IMG/VR virus record: IMGVR_UViG_2778261458_000002
Source: a virus
Taxonomy: Duplodnaviria; Heunggongvirae; Uroviricota; Caudoviricetes
Length of the DNA: 47,331 nt
Direction: 5' to 3' (one strand)
Under the pieces are notes generated by a model, which was not told where the DNA came from, did no database searches, and was given only the letters and a program-made list of their open reading frames with translations. Below, in pieces: positions 34,133 to 44,281 of the stretch. The translations under genes and the position numbers were made by a program. Position 1 is the stretch's first letter. Each line of letters opens with the position of its first letter.

Positions 34133-35989
34133 ATGGGCGAAACAGTATGGAGCACCGCTTTTTTCCGTGCGCTTCGCCCTAAATCACGGCTAACTGTTTC
34201 CGAATGGGCTGATAAGTATCGTCATGTAGCGCCGGGAACGTCTCCAGAGCCAGGGCCGTGGCGTACAAGCCGAGTGCCATATTTGCGTGAACCAATGGAT
34301 GTTATTGGTGACGCTGATACAGAAACAGTAGTGATGCAATGTAGCTCGCAAATTGGTAAATCCGAATTACAGCTAAATGTTATGGGTTACTTTGCAGATC
34401 AGGAGCCATCTCCTCAGTTGATGATTTATCCAACGGTAGAGGCGGCTGAGGCTTTTTCAAAAGAGCGTATTGATCCGACGTTCAAATATTCCCCTGGTTT
34501 GAAACACAAGCTGCATGAAGGGAAAGAGGGGCGCGGTGCAGCCAAAAAGTCCAGCACGACTATACGTATGAAGCATTACGCTGGTGGATATATAGCACTT
34601 GTTGGTGCTAATTCCCCAGCAGGTCTTGCATCCAGGCCAATTCGAATACTGTTAGCTGATGAGATTGATCGTTACGGTGTGACGCAGGAGGGCGACCCAC
34701 TAAAACTAGGTATTCAGCGTACTACCAACTTTCATAATCGTAAGAAAGTTTTTGTTTCTACTCCTGTTTTGGAGGAAACGAGCAAAATCCACAAGTGGTT
34801 TAAGCTCTCCGATCAGCGTTACTACCATGTTCCTTGCCCATGTTGTGGCACCATGCAGGTGATGAAATGGTCGCAAGTCAGATGGGATAAGAGCGATTCA
34901 GGTGAGGCGTTACCGGAAACGGCCAGATATGAGTGCTGTGAGTGCGGCGGGATTATGCGCGGATCTGGTAAACCAGACGTTGATTGGTTGGCGAAGGGGG
35001 TATGGATAGCTGAACATACTGGAGTTAAAGGTATTGTTGGTTTTCATATTAACAGTCTTTACTCCCCGTGGGTTGCATTGTCAGAGCTGGTTGAAGAATT
35101 TACGGAAGCAACCAGAAACCGCGATAAAAATGGATTAATGGAGTTTATTAACCTTAAGCTGGGTGAGCCATGGAAAGAGGATGCTAAAGACGATATAGAT
35201 CCTGAATACTTGTTGCAACGCAGAATAAGGTTTGAAGAGTTTTTACCAGATGATGTTTTATTGTTAAGTGCTGGTGTTGACGTACAGGACACGTATTTAG
35301 TTTGTGAATTGGTCGGTTGGGGAAAAGGTAAGGAGTCATGGGGGATAGAATATAAAATATTCCCAGGTGATCCCGCACAAGATGTTGTCTGGAAACAACT
35401 TGATGAATACTTACTCCGTAGCTGGTCATTCCGTGACGGTCGAAAATTACAGATTTCTTCTGTTTGTATTGACTCTGGTGGGCATTTTACGACAGAGGTA
35501 TATCGCTTTACTAAGCCGAGAGAATCAAGGCGAATATACTCTATCAGGGGGCGTGGTGGGGTAGGTTTACCATTTATAGGAAAGCCAAGTAATAATAACC
35601 GTGTGGGTGCTATGTTGTTTAATTTAGGGGTTGATGATGGTAAAGGGACCATCATGGCAAGAATTAAACTACATGATCCTGGTCCTGGTTATATGCATTT
35701 CCCATTAGATTCTGACAGAGGATATGATACCGAATACTTTAAAGGATTATTATCAGAGAAAAAAATATTTGAATATAAAAATGGGCAGACAAAAGAAAAG
35801 TGGGTGAAAGTCTACGAGCGTAACGAGCCTCTTGATTGCCGTAACTATGCAACTGCCGCGATGGAAATTCTGAACCCTAATTTTAACTGGCTTGCCGAAC
35901 AGGAAATGCGAGGTAATGTGTATGTGCAGAACTCGTCAGGTATACGTAGAAGACGCCGTAGAGTTATAAGTAAAGGCGTAACCATATAG
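34133..35989 (+). CDS. terminase large subunit (lambda gpA family)
   Basis: 618-aa ORF; N-terminal TVSEWADKYRHVAPGTSPEPGPWRTSRVPY resembles gpA; Walker-A-like SSQIGKS; size and position. Confidence 0.8.
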   Translation: MGETVWSTAFFRALRPKSRLTVSEWADKYRHVAPGTSPEPGPWRTSRVPYLREPMDVIGDADTETVVMQCSSQIGKSELQLNVMGYFADQEPSPQLMIYPTVEAAEAFSKERIDPTFKYSPGLKHKLHEGKEGRGAAKKSSTTIRMKHYAGGYIALVGANSPAGLASRPIRILLADEIDRYGVTQEGDPLKLGIQRTTNFHNRKKVFVSTPVLEETSKIHKWFKLSDQRYYHVPCPCCGTMQVMKWSQVRWDKSDSGEALPETARYECCECGGIMRGSGKPDVDWLAKGVWIAEHTGVKGIVGFHINSLYSPWVALSELVEEFTEATRNRDKNGLMEFINLKLGEPWKEDAKDDIDPEYLLQRRIRFEEFLPDDVLLLSAGVDVQDTYLVCELVGWGKGKESWGIEYKIFPGDPAQDVVWKQLDEYLLRSWSFRDGRKLQISSVCIDSGGHFTTEVYRFTKPRESRRIYSIRGRGGVGLPFIGKPSNNNRVGAMLFNLGVDDGKGTIMARIKLHDPGPGYMHFPLDSDRGYDTEYFKGLLSEKKIFEYKNGQTKEKWVKVYERNEPLDCRNYATAAMEILNPNFNWLAEQEMRGNVYVQNSSGIRRRRRRVISKGVTI

Positions 35990-36000
35990 AGGAAATATAA

Positions 36001-36240
36001 ATGAACAATGAAGCATTTTCTCTGACTGAAGCCAGAGAGATGTTATCTGTCTGGCGGGAAGCATATCGCGCTATTGCTATTGGCGGTCAGTCATATAAAT
36101 TTGGTACGCGGCAGTTAACTCGTGCGGATTTATCAGAAGTCAGAAAAGAGATGGATTACTGGCGTAATGAAGTAGAAAGATTATCAGCAGGTATACGCCG
36201 AGGCCCACGAATTAAACGAGTGGTGATAAGAGATTTATGA
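36001..36240 (+). CDS. head-tail joining protein (gpW-like)
   Basis: 79-aa ORF between terminase and portal, as in lambda. Confidence 0.45.
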   Translation: MNNEAFSLTEAREMLSVWREAYRAIAIGGQSYKFGTRQLTRADLSEVRKEMDYWRNEVERLSAGIRRGPRIKRVVIRDL

Positions 36241-37811
36241 ATATTCTTGATCGAGTTATTGCGCCGTTTTCACCTCAGAGGGCATTAAATCGAGCTTTGG
36301 CAAGAAAACGGTTAGAAGCACTTGAAGGTATTAATAACCTTGGATATTCACGTCATGGTGCAAGCACTCATAAAAAATCATTAAGGGGTTGGTTTAGTAA
36401 AGCTGGTTCTCCTGATGATGATATTGTTAAAAATATAGATAAATTGCGTGAGCGTTCTCGTGATCTCTTCATGGGAAACCCGCTATCGGTTGGCGCAATA
36501 AAAACTATCAGGACAAACGTTGTTGGTTCCGGTTTAAAACTAAATGCGAACATTGATGCCGATTTCTTGGGGATGACGCAGGAAGAAGCGCGAGCATGGG
36601 AAAAGCATGTTGAGCGTGAGTTTAGATTATGGGCTGATTCTCCAAATTGTGATGCATCAAGAATGTGTACTTTTGGACAATTGCAATCATTGGTTCAAAT
36701 ATCTGCTTTAACATCTGGCGATATATTTGCTGCGCTACCAGTTATTAAGCGTAAGGGTGTTATATATGATTTGTGCGTCTATTTAATTGAAGGTGATCGT
36801 GTTTGCAATCCAGAGGATCGTTTTATACCAAATCTTTACGGTGGCGTAGAGGTTGGTGAATTTAGCGAGCCTGTGGCGTACTGGGTTGCAAAACATCACC
36901 CAGCCGGGACTTCTGGTTTTGTAACCCGCAAGTGGGAACGTATTCCCGCATATGGGAGTAAAACAGGAAGAAGAAATATTCTGCATGTCATGCAGGATTT
37001 TGAAAGGCCTGGGCAACGCCGTGGCGTTCCTGTCCTTGCTCCTGTAATTGAAGCATTGAAGCAGTTAGGACGATACACCGATGCTGAATTGGTTGCTGCG
37101 GTTGTGTCAGGGATGTTTACTGTCTTTATTAAAACAGACGCTCCTGATGGACCAGTCGGTGAATCGGGTATCCCTCAGTACGAGCAGATCGATAACCATG
37201 ATGATAACACCCAAGAAATGGGGAATGGCTCCATAGTAAGTTTGGGTGAAGGTGAGTCGATAGATACAGCAAATCCCGGGCGACCAAATACGGCATTTGA
37301 TGGTTTTGTTGTCGCCATATGCCGTCAAATTGGGGCTGCTTTAGAACTCCCTTACGAACTCTTGGTAAAGCATTTTACAGCAAGTTATAGCGCAAGCAGG
37401 GCCGCATTACTTGAAGCCTGGAAAATGTTCCGTATGCGACGTGACTGGATGGTTCAGTCATTTTGCCAACCGATCTATGAGGAATGGTTGGCCGAAGCCG
37501 TTGCTAAAGGTCGTGTTATTGCCCCTGGTTTTTTTTATGGGCCTGAATATCGCGCTGCATGGAGTGGCGCTCAATGGTATGGCCCATCACAAGGCCAATT
37601 AGATCCCCTTAAAGAAGTCAAAGCTGCAAAACTGCGTGTTGAGGAAACATTCTCTACCCGTGAAAAGGAAGCGGCTGAAATGTCAGGTCTTAACTGGGAA
37701 GAAACCGCACAAATTTGTGGCAGAGAAGAGAATGCTCGCCGTGAGTTGGGGCTGATTACGCCTCCTGTTTCTGAGGTAAATGAACAAAATATGGAGACAG
37801 ATGATGCCTAA
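36237..37811 (+). CDS. portal protein (lambda gpB family)
   Basis: 524-aa ORF, ATGA-coupled; position after gpW-like gene and before protease. Confidence 0.75.
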   Translation: MNILDRVIAPFSPQRALNRALARKRLEALEGINNLGYSRHGASTHKKSLRGWFSKAGSPDDDIVKNIDKLRERSRDLFMGNPLSVGAIKTIRTNVVGSGLKLNANIDADFLGMTQEEARAWEKHVEREFRLWADSPNCDASRMCTFGQLQSLVQISALTSGDIFAALPVIKRKGVIYDLCVYLIEGDRVCNPEDRFIPNLYGGVEVGEFSEPVAYWVAKHHPAGTSGFVTRKWERIPAYGSKTGRRNILHVMQDFERPGQRRGVPVLAPVIEALKQLGRYTDAELVAAVVSGMFTVFIKTDAPDGPVGESGIPQYEQIDNHDDNTQEMGNGSIVSLGEGESIDTANPGRPNTAFDGFVVAICRQIGAALELPYELLVKHFTASYSASRAALLEAWKMFRMRRDWMVQSFCQPIYEEWLAEAVAKGRVIAPGFFYGPEYRAAWSGAQWYGPSQGQLDPLKEVKAAKLRVEETFSTREKEAAEMSGLNWEETAQICGREENARRELGLITPPVSEVNEQNMETDDA

Positions 37812-38868
37812 TTGGTGGGAAATAAAAAATAGCACGGGTGAAGATGACTCTCCGGCTGAACTTTTAATCTACGGATATATTGGCGAATTTGATGAGGTTT
37901 CTTCTTCTGACATAGTTAATAAATTAAAGGATATATCATCAAATGCTATCAACGTAAAAATTAATAGTTATGGTGGTTCTGTTTTTACTGCTCAAGCTAT
38001 TCTTTCTTCATTAAAACGTCATAAGGCTAATATTACTGTTTATATTGATGGTATTGCTGCATCGGCTGCAACCATTATTGCAATGGCAGGTGATAAAGTT
38101 GTTATCCCATCTAATGCTATGATGATGATCCATAATCCGTGGACATTTGCTGCTGGTGATGCGGATGAACTACGTGATATTGCTGAGATGATGGATAAGA
38201 TACGAGATAGTATTTTATCTGCATATAAGGAGAAAACAGGGCTTTCTGAGGATAAATTAATTGAACTAATGGATCAGGAAACATGGCTAAATGCAGAAGA
38301 GGCTGTAGAGCTTGGATTTGCTGACGAAGTTGAAAAACCAATGCGCTTATCCGCTTCTATAAATGAAGGGATGCTTTCGCTCAATGGAATAACTTTTGAA
38401 GCATCAAGGTTTTCAAAATTACCTGATTCGCTCGCAAAGTTGCCACAAAATAAAAATGAATTATCTACTGAATTAAATGAACAAAATGAGGACGATGTTG
38501 TGACTCTTGATGAATTAAAAAATAAACATCCAGAATTATACAATCAGGTTTTTAATGCTGGTAAAGACGAGGGCGTTAAATCAGAACGCGAGCGCATTGA
38601 AACAATCGAGAATAGCGTAATTCCAGGTCATGACGACCTGGTTAAGAATGCAAAGTTCAAAACGGGAATTTCTGCGGCTGAACTTGCTTTAGAAATTATG
38701 AATGCAGAGCGAGCGCGTAACAAAAACTTTCTTAATCAACGGCAAGAAGACGCAAATGAGGTGAATGATTCAGTTGATGTTAATCAACCAGAAAACAACG
38801 GCGATAAACAAGCTGAAGTAGTAAAAAATGTTATTGGGTCAGTATTTAAAAACCGCGATAAAAATTAA
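37780..38868 (+). CDS. prohead protease, ClpP-like (S14), with C-terminal scaffold-like region
   Basis: 362-aa ORF; KINSYGGSVFTAQAI ... GIAASAATIIAMAGD ... MMMIHNPW matches ClpP-type Ser/His arrangement; start could be ATG 37801/37804. Confidence 0.7.
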   Translation: MNKIWRQMMPNWWEIKNSTGEDDSPAELLIYGYIGEFDEVSSSDIVNKLKDISSNAINVKINSYGGSVFTAQAILSSLKRHKANITVYIDGIAASAATIIAMAGDKVVIPSNAMMMIHNPWTFAAGDADELRDIAEMMDKIRDSILSAYKEKTGLSEDKLIELMDQETWLNAEEAVELGFADEVEKPMRLSASINEGMLSLNGITFEASRFSKLPDSLAKLPQNKNELSTELNEQNEDDVVTLDELKNKHPELYNQVFNAGKDEGVKSERERIETIENSVIPGHDDLVKNAKFKTGISAAELALEIMNAERARNKNFLNQRQEDANEVNDSVDVNQPENNGDKQAEVVKNVIGSVFKNRDKN

Positions 38869-38877
38869 GGTGAGTTT

Positions 38878-39261
38878 ATGCGAGAGTCTTTTTCATTTGA
38901 ACCAGATAATCTGATTATTTCTGGTGGTATGCCAGCAATTACAACAAGTATTAAACTTGCCAGCGGTAAAGTAAATCGAGGTGAGTTGCTTGCTTTTGTC
39001 AGTATTGATCAGACAACAAATGTTGTCACTGTGGCACCAATAAATCTCTCTGGTGAGGGGGTGGCAAAAGAACCGTATTGTATCGCTCAACATAGTATTG
39101 ATGCGACTGATTCAGCGCAAGTTGGAACAGCATGGCTGACCGGAATGTTCAATGCACATGCGGTTATCCTTCCTGAATCAGCAAAGATTGCCGATGTATA
39201 TCTGGCTTGCCGGAAGGTTGGGATATTCCTTAATACCGCACAACAAAATCCATCTGCATAA
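38878..39261 (+). CDS. head decoration protein-like
   Basis: 127-aa ORF between protease and major capsid gene (lambda D position). Confidence 0.45.
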   Translation: MRESFSFEPDNLIISGGMPAITTSIKLASGKVNRGELLAFVSIDQTTNVVTVAPINLSGEGVAKEPYCIAQHSIDATDSAQVGTAWLTGMFNAHAVILPESAKIADVYLACRKVGIFLNTAQQNPSA

Positions 39262-39281
39262 TATAAAGAGGTCGTATTTTT

Positions 39282-40325
39282 ATGCCGAATATTGATATTT
39301 TTGAACGACGTACAATGCTTGAGCCTGTTATTCAGAATTTCAAGGCTCGTCGTTTTCTTCTTCGTACCTTTTTTCCTGGTGTTCAGACCTTTAATACAAA
39401 GAAAGTTGATCTGGATTTTGTTCGCGGTGGCCGTACTATGGCTCCGTTTGTTGGTAAAGGTTTTGGCTCAAAAACCGTTGAGCGACGCGGCTTTGTAACG
39501 AGAACTCTGGAGCCACCACTTGTTGCACCTGATTTGGTAACAACAGCCGAGCTGCTTTTAAACAGGCTTCCGGGTGAGAATATTTACAACGCAAAATCGC
39601 CAGCAGAACGAGCCGCCGAGCAATTAGGTAAAGATTTGCTTGAGCTTGATGAAATGGTTAACCGCCGTGAAGAATGGATGTGTGCACAAGTCTTGTTTAC
39701 GGGGCAGGTTGATATTGTTGGTGAAGGAGTGGATGACACAGTTTATTTTTGGCCTGAAGAGGAAGGAGATAAACCATATCTTGAACTGACAGGTGATGAT
39801 TTATGGAGTGCAGCAAAATCAGATCCGTTGGTTAATGTTCGCAACTGGAGACGTCGGGTATCACTAACTTCAGGTTTTACACCTCGTGTTGCCGTAATGG
39901 GCGCAAAAGTTGTTGATGCCTTCGTTAAAAATGAAGCAGTAACTAAATATCTTGAGAATCGCCGAAAAGAGCTTGGGTATATTGAGCCTAAGGAGTTAGA
40001 AGAAGGCGTAACTCATTATGGCAATCTTGAAGGTGTCGATTTTTATGGTTACGACGAACTTATTCGCAATGATAAAACAGGAAAACCAGAACCATTAGTA
40101 CCGGAAGATAAGATCCTCTTTGGCTCTCCTGGTCGAGGAACGATGCTGTATGGTGCTGTAGAGCTTGTAGATGACGCCGAAAAGACTCTAACGATTGTTG
40201 AGTCACCGCGAGTTCCAGACACCTGGGTAACTCGTAAGCCGGCTGGCCGTTATGTTGCCATGAAGTCATCTCCACTGCCTAATCCAGGTGTGGCTGATGC
40301 CTATCTGGTGGCTAAGGTGGTTTAA
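39282..40325 (+). CDS. major capsid protein (lambda gpE-like family)
   Basis: 347-aa ORF, size and position of gpE; FLLRTFFPGVQTF near N-terminus parallels gpE FLRLFFRESYPF. Confidence 0.7.
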   Translation: MPNIDIFERRTMLEPVIQNFKARRFLLRTFFPGVQTFNTKKVDLDFVRGGRTMAPFVGKGFGSKTVERRGFVTRTLEPPLVAPDLVTTAELLLNRLPGENIYNAKSPAERAAEQLGKDLLELDEMVNRREEWMCAQVLFTGQVDIVGEGVDDTVYFWPEEEGDKPYLELTGDDLWSAAKSDPLVNVRNWRRRVSLTSGFTPRVAVMGAKVVDAFVKNEAVTKYLENRRKELGYIEPKELEEGVTHYGNLEGVDFYGYDELIRNDKTGKPEPLVPEDKILFGSPGRGTMLYGAVELVDDAEKTLTIVESPRVPDTWVTRKPAGRYVAMKSSPLPNPGVADAYLVAKVV

Positions 40326-40718
40326 ATGGCCAGACTGATTAAAAATATTGATACGATAAGCCACGGCTCGCTAAAAGCGGGCCGTTTGCTTAATGGGCTA
40401 ATGGATAACTCCAGAATTGCTGAACTGATTGCGTCAGGACATGCTATTGCCACCGAAGAGGATGGGGATTTGGCATCGGCCGGGGGCTATGATGCTGCTA
40501 AGTTAGCTTTTGAGCATGGATACGCATCTGCTGTTAATGATGCTGTGGACGCGGGGTTGATTACGCGAACGGAGGCGGGTAGCTGTGTATTCGAGGTTGA
40601 GTTTGAGGATGATGGCGGCAATGAGGAAACGGTTGCTGATGATTCATCTGAATCTGTAGCTACTTCTGATACCAGTAATGCGAAAAAATCAACGCAAAAA
40701 AAAGGTAATAAGAAGTAA
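40326..40718 (+). CDS. head-associated protein (FI-like position), acidic C-terminus
   Basis: 130-aa ORF immediately after capsid gene. Confidence 0.3.
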   Translation: MARLIKNIDTISHGSLKAGRLLNGLMDNSRIAELIASGHAIATEEDGDLASAGGYDAAKLAFEHGYASAVNDAVDAGLITRTEAGSCVFEVEFEDDGGNEETVADDSSESVATSDTSNAKKSTQKKGNKK

Positions 40719-41062
40719 TGAACTCCTTCAAAGAGGTTATAGCGCAAGATATTTCTGCAATATTCCTCAATGAAAAAGAGTTTGCCGATACATATAACAT
40801 AGACGGCAAGGATATCCTTGCCGTTATTGATACAGACCTTATTCATGAGCGGAATAAACGCTCATATGCTGAGTTTGCAGAGGGAATAAATCAGGGGCAA
40901 ATAATATTATTTGTTTCAAGAAAAGATTTTCCTGTTCTCCCAGTCAAAGACCAGTCAATGAAAATCAACGGTAAAAATTATATTGTTGATGAAGTATCAG
41001 ATAATGTTGGTGTATTGGAAATAACTCTCACTGTTAATACTAACAGAGGAATGCCGATTTGA
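40718..41062 (+). CDS. head completion / head-tail connector protein (FII-like position)
   Basis: 114-aa ORF, coupled to neighbours. Confidence 0.3.
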   Translation: MNSFKEVIAQDISAIFLNEKEFADTYNIDGKDILAVIDTDLIHERNKRSYAEFAEGINQGQIILFVSRKDFPVLPVKDQSMKINGKNYIVDEVSDNVGVLEITLTVNTNRGMPI

Positions 41063-41544
41063 TTAATCTTTTGATAGATGCAATAAAAAATCGGTTGGAA
41101 CATGAGGTTTTCCATGATTTATTAGTGCAGGGACCTCCTTATGATGAAACAGACAGCGATATTAAATTGTTTGTTCCAACAATATTTAAAGGGTACTTGC
41201 CTCCTAAATCACAACCATCTCCAGATAAACCGCCAGAATTTCCTCATGTGATTATCAGGCCCACGGAAGGAGGAATGCAGCCTGAAACGGATGAAGTTAA
41301 GGTTAAGTTTCTTCTAGGTGGTTTTTGTGAGGACCATACTGGATATGAATGGGTAATGGCTCTTCTTGAAAGGATGATGTTTCATTTTCAGGAGAAGCCT
41401 TTACTTGAAGAGAAATTTCTTTTTCAGGGCGATATCAGATGGCGAATGTTTGATGATCAACCGTATCCATATTGGATAACGGAGGCAACTGGAACGTGGC
41501 TAGTATTAAAACCTCAGAATATTCAGTCTCAGGAGTTTATCTAA
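41059..41544 (+). CDS. neck / tail completion protein candidate
   Basis: 161-aa ORF between head and sheath genes. Confidence 0.3.
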   Translation: MINLLIDAIKNRLEHEVFHDLLVQGPPYDETDSDIKLFVPTIFKGYLPPKSQPSPDKPPEFPHVIIRPTEGGMQPETDEVKVKFLLGGFCEDHTGYEWVMALLERMMFHFQEKPLLEEKFLFQGDIRWRMFDDQPYPYWITEATGTWLVLKPQNIQSQEFI

Positions 41545-41835
41545 ATGGCTAATAAGAAAAGTAGTAAAGAAAATATAGATAAGAAGGAAGATGTTGATCA
41601 AACATTTGTGTATATAGGTCCAACAATCCCTCAAATCTCACTTTTGAAGCATAAACTATTCAAGAATGGTTTATCTCCAGAGTGTGAAAAATTAATTTCA
41701 TATATTCCTGGTGCAAAGTGTTTGTTTGTGGCAACCAGTGACTTTGCAGATGCAGAAAAAAGACTTTCTGATAAAACCAGCGTTGAGTATGTAATGTACT
41801 CTCGTGTTTCTTCTTCTATCATGGAGATTAAATAA
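41545..41835 (+). CDS. hypothetical structural protein
   Basis: 96-aa ORF immediately upstream of sheath gene. Confidence 0.3.
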   Translation: MANKKSSKENIDKKEDVDQTFVYIGPTIPQISLLKHKLFKNGLSPECEKLISYIPGAKCLFVATSDFADAEKRLSDKTSVEYVMYSRVSSSIMEIK

Positions 41836-43298
41836 TGGGATATCGCCACGGTATTTATATATCTGAGCTGGCTACATCTATAACTCCTCCAGTGCAAGTT
41901 AGTGCTGGGTTGATTGTCGCATTTGGTACGGCTCCTGTTAATCAGTTAGAAGATCCAGCCTCAGCGGTAAATAAACCTATCATTGCTTATACATACGCAG
42001 AGGCCGTATCTAAAATAGGATATAGCACAAACTTCGAGAAATATACTTTAAGCGAAGTAATTAAAGTCGCATTTGGAATATATGGTGTTGCGCCAGTTGT
42101 ATTTATCAATGTGCTTGATCCAGCAAAGCATAAGAAAGACGTTACTGATGAGTTAGTAAAACTTTCTGGCGGGAAAGGTACGCTCTCTAACGATGGTGTC
42201 TTATATAAATCTGTTGTTGTGAAAAAAGCAGATGGTGATTCGCCTGGGTTAACGGTTGATACCGATTATGTGCTGGCGCTGGATGATAATGGCTATACGG
42301 TCATTACAGCTATTAGCGGAGGAAAAATTACCGAAAAAGACGCTACTCTTAAGGTTAGTTATACGCATCTTGATCCCGGTGCCGTAACTAAAAATGACAT
42401 TATCGGTGGTGTGGATTCCAACACTAAAGCCAATACAGGGCTTGAGTTACTGTCAGATGTGTATCCCCGCTTCAAGTTAGTTCCTGGACAAGTGATTGCA
42501 CCTGGATTTAGTTCTGATAGTGAAGTTGGTCAGCTAATGGCGGCTAAAGCCGCGCTGATTAGTGAATTGTTCAAAGCAGAAGCTATAACGGATGCGCCGA
42601 CCGATAAATCTACTATCAGTGATTACTCGGCTGTTCCTGAATGGAAACAGAACAATAATCACATGGCCGCTAACCAGACAGTGTGCTGGCCGATGGTGAA
42701 ACTTGGTGACAATATTTACCATCACTCAACCCATTTAGCGGCCGCAACATGCTTGCTGGATAGTCAGTATGGTGATATTCCATCACGTTCTCCGTCAAAT
42801 ATAAAACTACAGATGGACGGTGCTGTACGTAAAGATGGCAGTGAAGTATGGCTTAACATTAGCCAGGCAAACTACTTAAATGGACAGGGGATTGTAACAA
42901 GCCTTAATTTTGATGGTTGGAAATCATGGGGAAACCGTAATGCTATTTATCCAACATCTACAGACCCCAAAGACGCATTTCGTGTTTGCCGACGTATGTT
43001 TAACTGGGTGGGTAATACGTTAATTCTTTCGCATTGGTCAAAAATAGACAATCCTGCAAACCGTCGATTAATTGAATCGATTGTTACAAGTGCGAATATT
43101 TGGCTTAACGGCCTCACAGGTAATCAGGATATTGCAGGTGGTGTTGTTACCTTTGATCAGTCTGAAAACACGATTACGTCATTGATGGACGGGATTGTTA
43201 AATTCCATGTAAAAATGACACCATTCTCACCTGCCAGAGATATAGAGTTCGTCATGGAATATAATCCTGATTATCTGCTGAACTTGTTTTCTGAATAA
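41835..43298 (+). CDS. contractile tail sheath protein
   Basis: 487-aa ORF followed by tube, chaperone and tape measure genes; size typical of Mu L-type sheath. Confidence 0.75.
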   Translation: MGYRHGIYISELATSITPPVQVSAGLIVAFGTAPVNQLEDPASAVNKPIIAYTYAEAVSKIGYSTNFEKYTLSEVIKVAFGIYGVAPVVFINVLDPAKHKKDVTDELVKLSGGKGTLSNDGVLYKSVVVKKADGDSPGLTVDTDYVLALDDNGYTVITAISGGKITEKDATLKVSYTHLDPGAVTKNDIIGGVDSNTKANTGLELLSDVYPRFKLVPGQVIAPGFSSDSEVGQLMAAKAALISELFKAEAITDAPTDKSTISDYSAVPEWKQNNNHMAANQTVCWPMVKLGDNIYHHSTHLAAATCLLDSQYGDIPSRSPSNIKLQMDGAVRKDGSEVWLNISQANYLNGQGIVTSLNFDGWKSWGNRNAIYPTSTDPKDAFRVCRRMFNWVGNTLILSHWSKIDNPANRRLIESIVTSANIWLNGLTGNQDIAGGVVTFDQSENTITSLMDGIVKFHVKMTPFSPARDIEFVMEYNPDYLLNLFSE

Positions 43299-43314
43299 AT
43301 AATAGGAGGTTGCT

Positions 43315-43836
43315 TTGAGCAATCAAATTCCTGAGAGACTTATTAACTTTACAGTATACGGTGAGGGAAACCGTATTATCGGTGTTGCTGACGCAAAGCT
43401 GCCATCAATCGAGATGATGACAGAGACAGTTAGTGGTGCAGGTATTGCTGGAGAGCTTGAGAGCGGAACGCTGGGGCATTTCAAACCAATGACCGTCTCT
43501 CTTAAATGGCGAACCCTAACCTCTGCTGGTACAAAATTATTTCTATCCTCATCGCATCAGGTAGATTTTCGTGGTAGCCAGCAGGTTTATGATGCCGGAA
43601 CAGGAAAATATAAAACGGTTCCCATTCGGGCTTCAATGAAGCTAAACCCTAAAAAACTGGATTTAGGTTCGCTACAGGTGGCAAAGGCTACTGATTCAGA
43701 GAATGAATTTGAAGTTCTCTATATCAAATTATTTATTGATGGAAAAGAAGTCCTGGAAATTGATAAATTGAACTTTATTTGTATCTTCGATGGTGAAGAT
43801 ATATTAAAAAGCGTTCGTGATGATTTAGGTTTATAA
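43315..43836 (+). CDS. tail tube protein
   Basis: 173-aa ORF directly after sheath gene. Confidence 0.65.
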   Translation: MSNQIPERLINFTVYGEGNRIIGVADAKLPSIEMMTETVSGAGIAGELESGTLGHFKPMTVSLKWRTLTSAGTKLFLSSSHQVDFRGSQQVYDAGTGKYKTVPIRASMKLNPKKLDLGSLQVAKATDSENEFEVLYIKLFIDGKEVLEIDKLNFICIFDGEDILKSVRDDLGL

Positions 43837-43845
43837 GGTGACAAA

Positions 43846-44127
43846 ATGGAAACCGTTAAATTAAGTAAAGAGTATCGTTTTGAAGACTTCGAGCCGGTGA
43901 CTGAACTCAACCTTGATTTAGACAACCTAAAAGGCAGCGATATTTTAGAAGTATCGGACTTACTGCAATCTCAAGGGCATGTTACAGTTCAAACATCACT
44001 TGATCATAAAGTCCACGTTGCTCTGGCTGCTCGCTGTATTGGCCGTCCGATAGAGTATCTGAATGGATTGCCAGCGAAAGACTTTGTTAAAGTTTGCCAA
44101 AAGGTACAGAATTTTTTGCTCTCGTAG
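43846..44127 (+). CDS. tail assembly chaperone (short form, P2 gpE-like)
   Basis: 93-aa ORF upstream of tape measure; contains T_TTT_TTG slippery heptamer near its 3' end. Confidence 0.6.
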   Translation: METVKLSKEYRFEDFEPVTELNLDLDNLKGSDILEVSDLLQSQGHVTVQTSLDHKVHVALAARCIGRPIEYLNGLPAKDFVKVCQKVQNFLLS

Positions 44128-44276
44128 GTTTTGATGAGCAAAAACCTATTGATAAGCAAATAATGAGGGCCGCGAGTTCTCTATCTCAATCATCTCAATC
44201 AACACCTATATCCTACTGGCTTTCGCTTCGGTTGAGGCGAATTGTCGCATGGATTGATGTGTTTAATGAGGATTAA
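44112..44276 (+). other. programmed -1 frameshift site and extension ORF (E+E'-like long chaperone form)
   Basis: Heptamer TTTTTTG at 44112-44118 in X_XXY_YYZ register of the chaperone frame; -1 frame stays open to 44276, ending just before the tape measure start. Confidence 0.55.
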
Positions 44277-44281
44277 TACTA

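Noticed and set aside
35059-35655. 198-aa minus-strand ORF inside the large terminase gene and similar antisense ORFs in portal and tape measure genes
   Set aside because: Antisense to well-supported long genes, no RBS, low-complexity Ser/Leu-rich translation.
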